Positions 34,456 through 36,370 of a stretch of 36,370 nt of DNA are shown piece by piece; position 1 is the stretch's first letter, and each line of letters begins with the position of its first letter. This DNA comes from a virus (lineage: Duplodnaviria > Heunggongvirae > Uroviricota > Caudoviricetes), in the IMG/VR virus record IMGVR_UViG_2617270997_000026. One strand, 5' to 3'. The position numbers and the translations under genes were made by a program. Under the pieces are notes generated by a model. That model worked only from the letters and a program-made list of their open reading frames with translations. It had not been told where the DNA came from and made no database searches.

Positions 34456-35135
34456 CAGACCAGAATAAACACATTGAGAAACTGAAAAAGTTGCTGGCGC
34501 TGGCCGCATCCGGCAACCCGCACGAGGCCGCTCTGGCACTGCGCCGAGCCCGTAAACTGATGGATGTTCACGGCATCACACATTCCGACATTGCTATGAG
34601 TGATATTGATGAAACCATCAGTCATTACTGGCCGACAGGCAGTCTCCGTCCACCGCGCTACATGCTGGGCCTGATGAACATCATCCGCGAGGCATTTGGT
34701 GTTAACTCCATCATTCACCCCGGCACGCATCCGTCTGTGGGGTTCTACGGTAACCGGGAACGAGCGGCACTGGCTGCGTACACCTGGGAAGTGCTGGTCC
34801 GCCAACTGAAAAAGGCGCGTCAGCAGTATATCAGCGCACAGAACAAAAGAATAAAAAACGCCACCCGTACCAGCCGTGGAAACCAGTTTGCTGAAGGCTG
34901 GGTACTGGCCGTTATCAGTGAAATACAGTCCTTTGCCCTGACCGATGATGAGCGTGAACTGATGCAACAGTGGCTGGAACATAAATACCCGCAAACGCAA
35001 ACCACCAGGGCGCGTAAACCGGGAAGAAGCCGCAATGGCGACGCCTCGCGCTATGCGGGGTTTCGTGAAGGGCAGAACGTCAGACTGCACCGCCCGGTCA
35101 GTGGGCAGGAACAACAGAAACTGGAGGCCAGATGA
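34452..35135 (+). CDS. Hypothetical early protein (DUF2786-like N-terminus)
   Basis: 227 aa from ATG 34452 (ATGA overlap with upstream stop); N-terminal IEKLKKLLALAASGNPHEAALALRRARKLM. Confidence 0.5.
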   Translation: MTDQNKHIEKLKKLLALAASGNPHEAALALRRARKLMDVHGITHSDIAMSDIDETISHYWPTGSLRPPRYMLGLMNIIREAFGVNSIIHPGTHPSVGFYGNRERAALAAYTWEVLVRQLKKARQQYISAQNKRIKNATRTSRGNQFAEGWVLAVISEIQSFALTDDERELMQQWLEHKYPQTQTTRARKPGRSRNGDASRYAGFREGQNVRLHRPVSGQEQQKLEAR

Positions 35136-35362
35136 TTACGCTATCAGGTAACAGCCGGAAATTAAAAGCCTGCCGAATATCTGCCAGATACCTTTTTGCC
35201 CGCGCCTTTTTTAAGAACGTCAGGCCGGGGATCACAATTGGTGTTATTGCCGGACGCGAACAGGTTGAAAAATACATGTCAGGTGCATGGTGGAATAACG
35301 ACCCTGTCATTGCTGCCCGTAATATTCATATCAGTTGGGGGGATATTCAGAATGACGGCTGA
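35132..35362 (+). CDS. Hypothetical small protein
   Basis: 76 aa; ATGA overlap with upstream gene. Confidence 0.4.
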   Translation: MITLSGNSRKLKACRISARYLFARAFFKNVRPGITIGVIAGREQVEKYMSGAWWNNDPVIAARNIHISWGDIQNDG

Positions 35363-35567
35363 ATCTGTTGTATGTGCCCTGTTCTGGTATTGTTTTGTCG
35401 GTTGGTGTACTGCTGAACTGCACCGCCGTTCAGGGTTTTATTCACGTTACAGTGGTGCCGGCTACTGGATTAGCTGGTCGGTGATGTTCCTGTGCTGGCC
35501 TGTGGCGCTTCCTTTATATGTCGATTATATCGGTGGCGCAGGTAAAAGGAGCAACGATGATGACTAA
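35352..35567 (+). CDS. Small two-TM membrane protein
   Basis: 71 aa from ATG 35352 after GGGGGG; hydrophobic segments VVCALFWYCFVGWCTA and YWISWSVMFLCWPVALPLYV. Confidence 0.4.
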   Translation: MTAESVVCALFWYCFVGWCTAELHRRSGFYSRYSGAGYWISWSVMFLCWPVALPLYVDYIGGAGKRSNDDD

Positions 35568-36009
35568 ACAACGTCTTATCCAGCTCATTCATATTGCCCG
35601 TAATGAACTGGGTATGGATGAAGACACCTACCGCCAGATGTTACAGGGGCTGACCGGTAAAGCCTCAACCAAAGGAATGGATACCACACAACTAAACTGC
35701 GTGCTGGAATCCATGAAAAGGAAAGGCTTTCGCGTTAAGCCTGCCGGAAAAGCCAGCTCCGGTTTACCGCTGGATAACCATCCGCAGTCCAGGAAAATCC
35801 GTGCGCTATGGCTTGAAATGGCTGCTGCCGGCATTGTTCGTGACCGTTCAGAAAATGCATTAGCGCGGTGGATCAAGCGGGAAACGGGCATCAGCGCCCT
35901 GCGCTGGCTCAATACTGAACAGGCAAGCAGTGTTATTGAGAAACTGAAGAAGTGGCAGCACAGAGCTGCGGGAGTAAAACATGAGCGACCTGAATCAGTT
36001 TCGAAGTAA
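35557..36009 (+). CDS. GemA-like protein (Mu gp16 family)
   Basis: 150 aa from ATG 35557 after AAGGAG; N-terminus MMTKQRLIQLIHIARNELGMDEDTYRQML typical of GemA-like proteins; directly upstream of Mor-like gene as in Mu. Confidence 0.6.
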   Translation: MMTKQRLIQLIHIARNELGMDEDTYRQMLQGLTGKASTKGMDTTQLNCVLESMKRKGFRVKPAGKASSGLPLDNHPQSRKIRALWLEMAAAGIVRDRSENALARWIKRETGISALRWLNTEQASSVIEKLKKWQHRAAGVKHERPESVSK

Positions 36010-36370
36010 AGGGCCGGAACTCCTGGTGGAACTGGCACAGCATACCTCTGAGACCGTTCGCGAGATTATTGATATTGAGCCCGCAATTGCCGACCAGATT
36101 GGTCAGGCCGTCGCGAACCGCATGATGCAGGTCTGGGGCGGGCAAAACGTTTATTTCCCGATGGGCATGGTATGGAAGGTCAGTCAGCGCGACCGGGAAA
36201 TCTTCAGGGAGTTTAACGGACGTAACCACCATGAACTGGCCCGCAAATTTGGTGTTTCGCTTCAGTGGGTCTACAGCGTGGTTAAGCGGGTAAGAAAAGA
36301 AGAACTGGATCGGATGCAGGGCAAGCTATTTGCTGATGAACCCGATGTAGATACGGAGAAAAAAGAGTAA
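35981..36370 (+). CDS. mor: Mor/C-family transcription activator (middle-operon regulator-like)
   Basis: 129 aa, complete; GGAG RBS; C-terminal HTH-like ELARKFGVSLQWVYSVVKRVRK; size and position match Mu Mor. Confidence 0.7.
   Translation: MSDLNQFRSKGPELLVELAQHTSETVREIIDIEPAIADQIGQAVANRMMQVWGGQNVYFPMGMVWKVSQRDREIFREFNGRNHHELARKFGVSLQWVYSVVKRVRKEELDRMQGKLFADEPDVDTEKKE

Larger units (their letters stand above)
1..36370 (-). mobile_element. Mu-family transposable prophage, internal portion (both ends outside window); late arm on minus strand, early arm on plus strand
   Basis: Contiguous phage gene set: DDE transposase, MuB-like ATPase, Gam, GemA-like and Mor-like proteins, plus Mu-type head and contractile-tail module and G-segment-like invertible fibre cassette. 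No gap large enough for a Mu-type end between the arms. Confidence 0.85.

Overview
The whole 36.4 kb window is a single integrated transposable prophage of the Mu family; neither prophage end lies in the window. It has two divergent arms. The minus-strand late arm (about 25.3 kb down to 1 kb) encodes holin, lytic-transglycosylase endolysin, Rz with embedded Rz1, small and large terminase, portal, Mu F/G/I-like head proteins, major capsid, sheath, tube, frameshifted tail chaperone, a 1070-aa tape measure with a 261-bp tandem triplication, baseplate proteins, and a tail fibre with seven 168-bp repeats ending in an invertible G-segment-like cassette. The plus-strand early arm (28.1 to 36.4 kb) encodes a Ner-like regulator, DDE transposase, MuB-like AAA+ ATPase, Gam, several small early proteins, GemA-like and Mor-like proteins. 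This divergent layout resembles BcepMu-type phages rather than Mu itself, as far as I recall that genome. The best candidate for an undescribed system is the accessory cassette between the arms (25.4 to 28.05 kb): the immunity repressor is translationally coupled to a 328-aa single-pass membrane protein and followed by a 193-aa glycine-zipper membrane protein, with a convergent small P-loop NTPase gene alongside. All calls rest on reading the sequence and remembered family features; no database search was run. Start codons were hand-checked where stated; the ORF track treats TTG/GTG as Met, so several track N-termini are over-extended.
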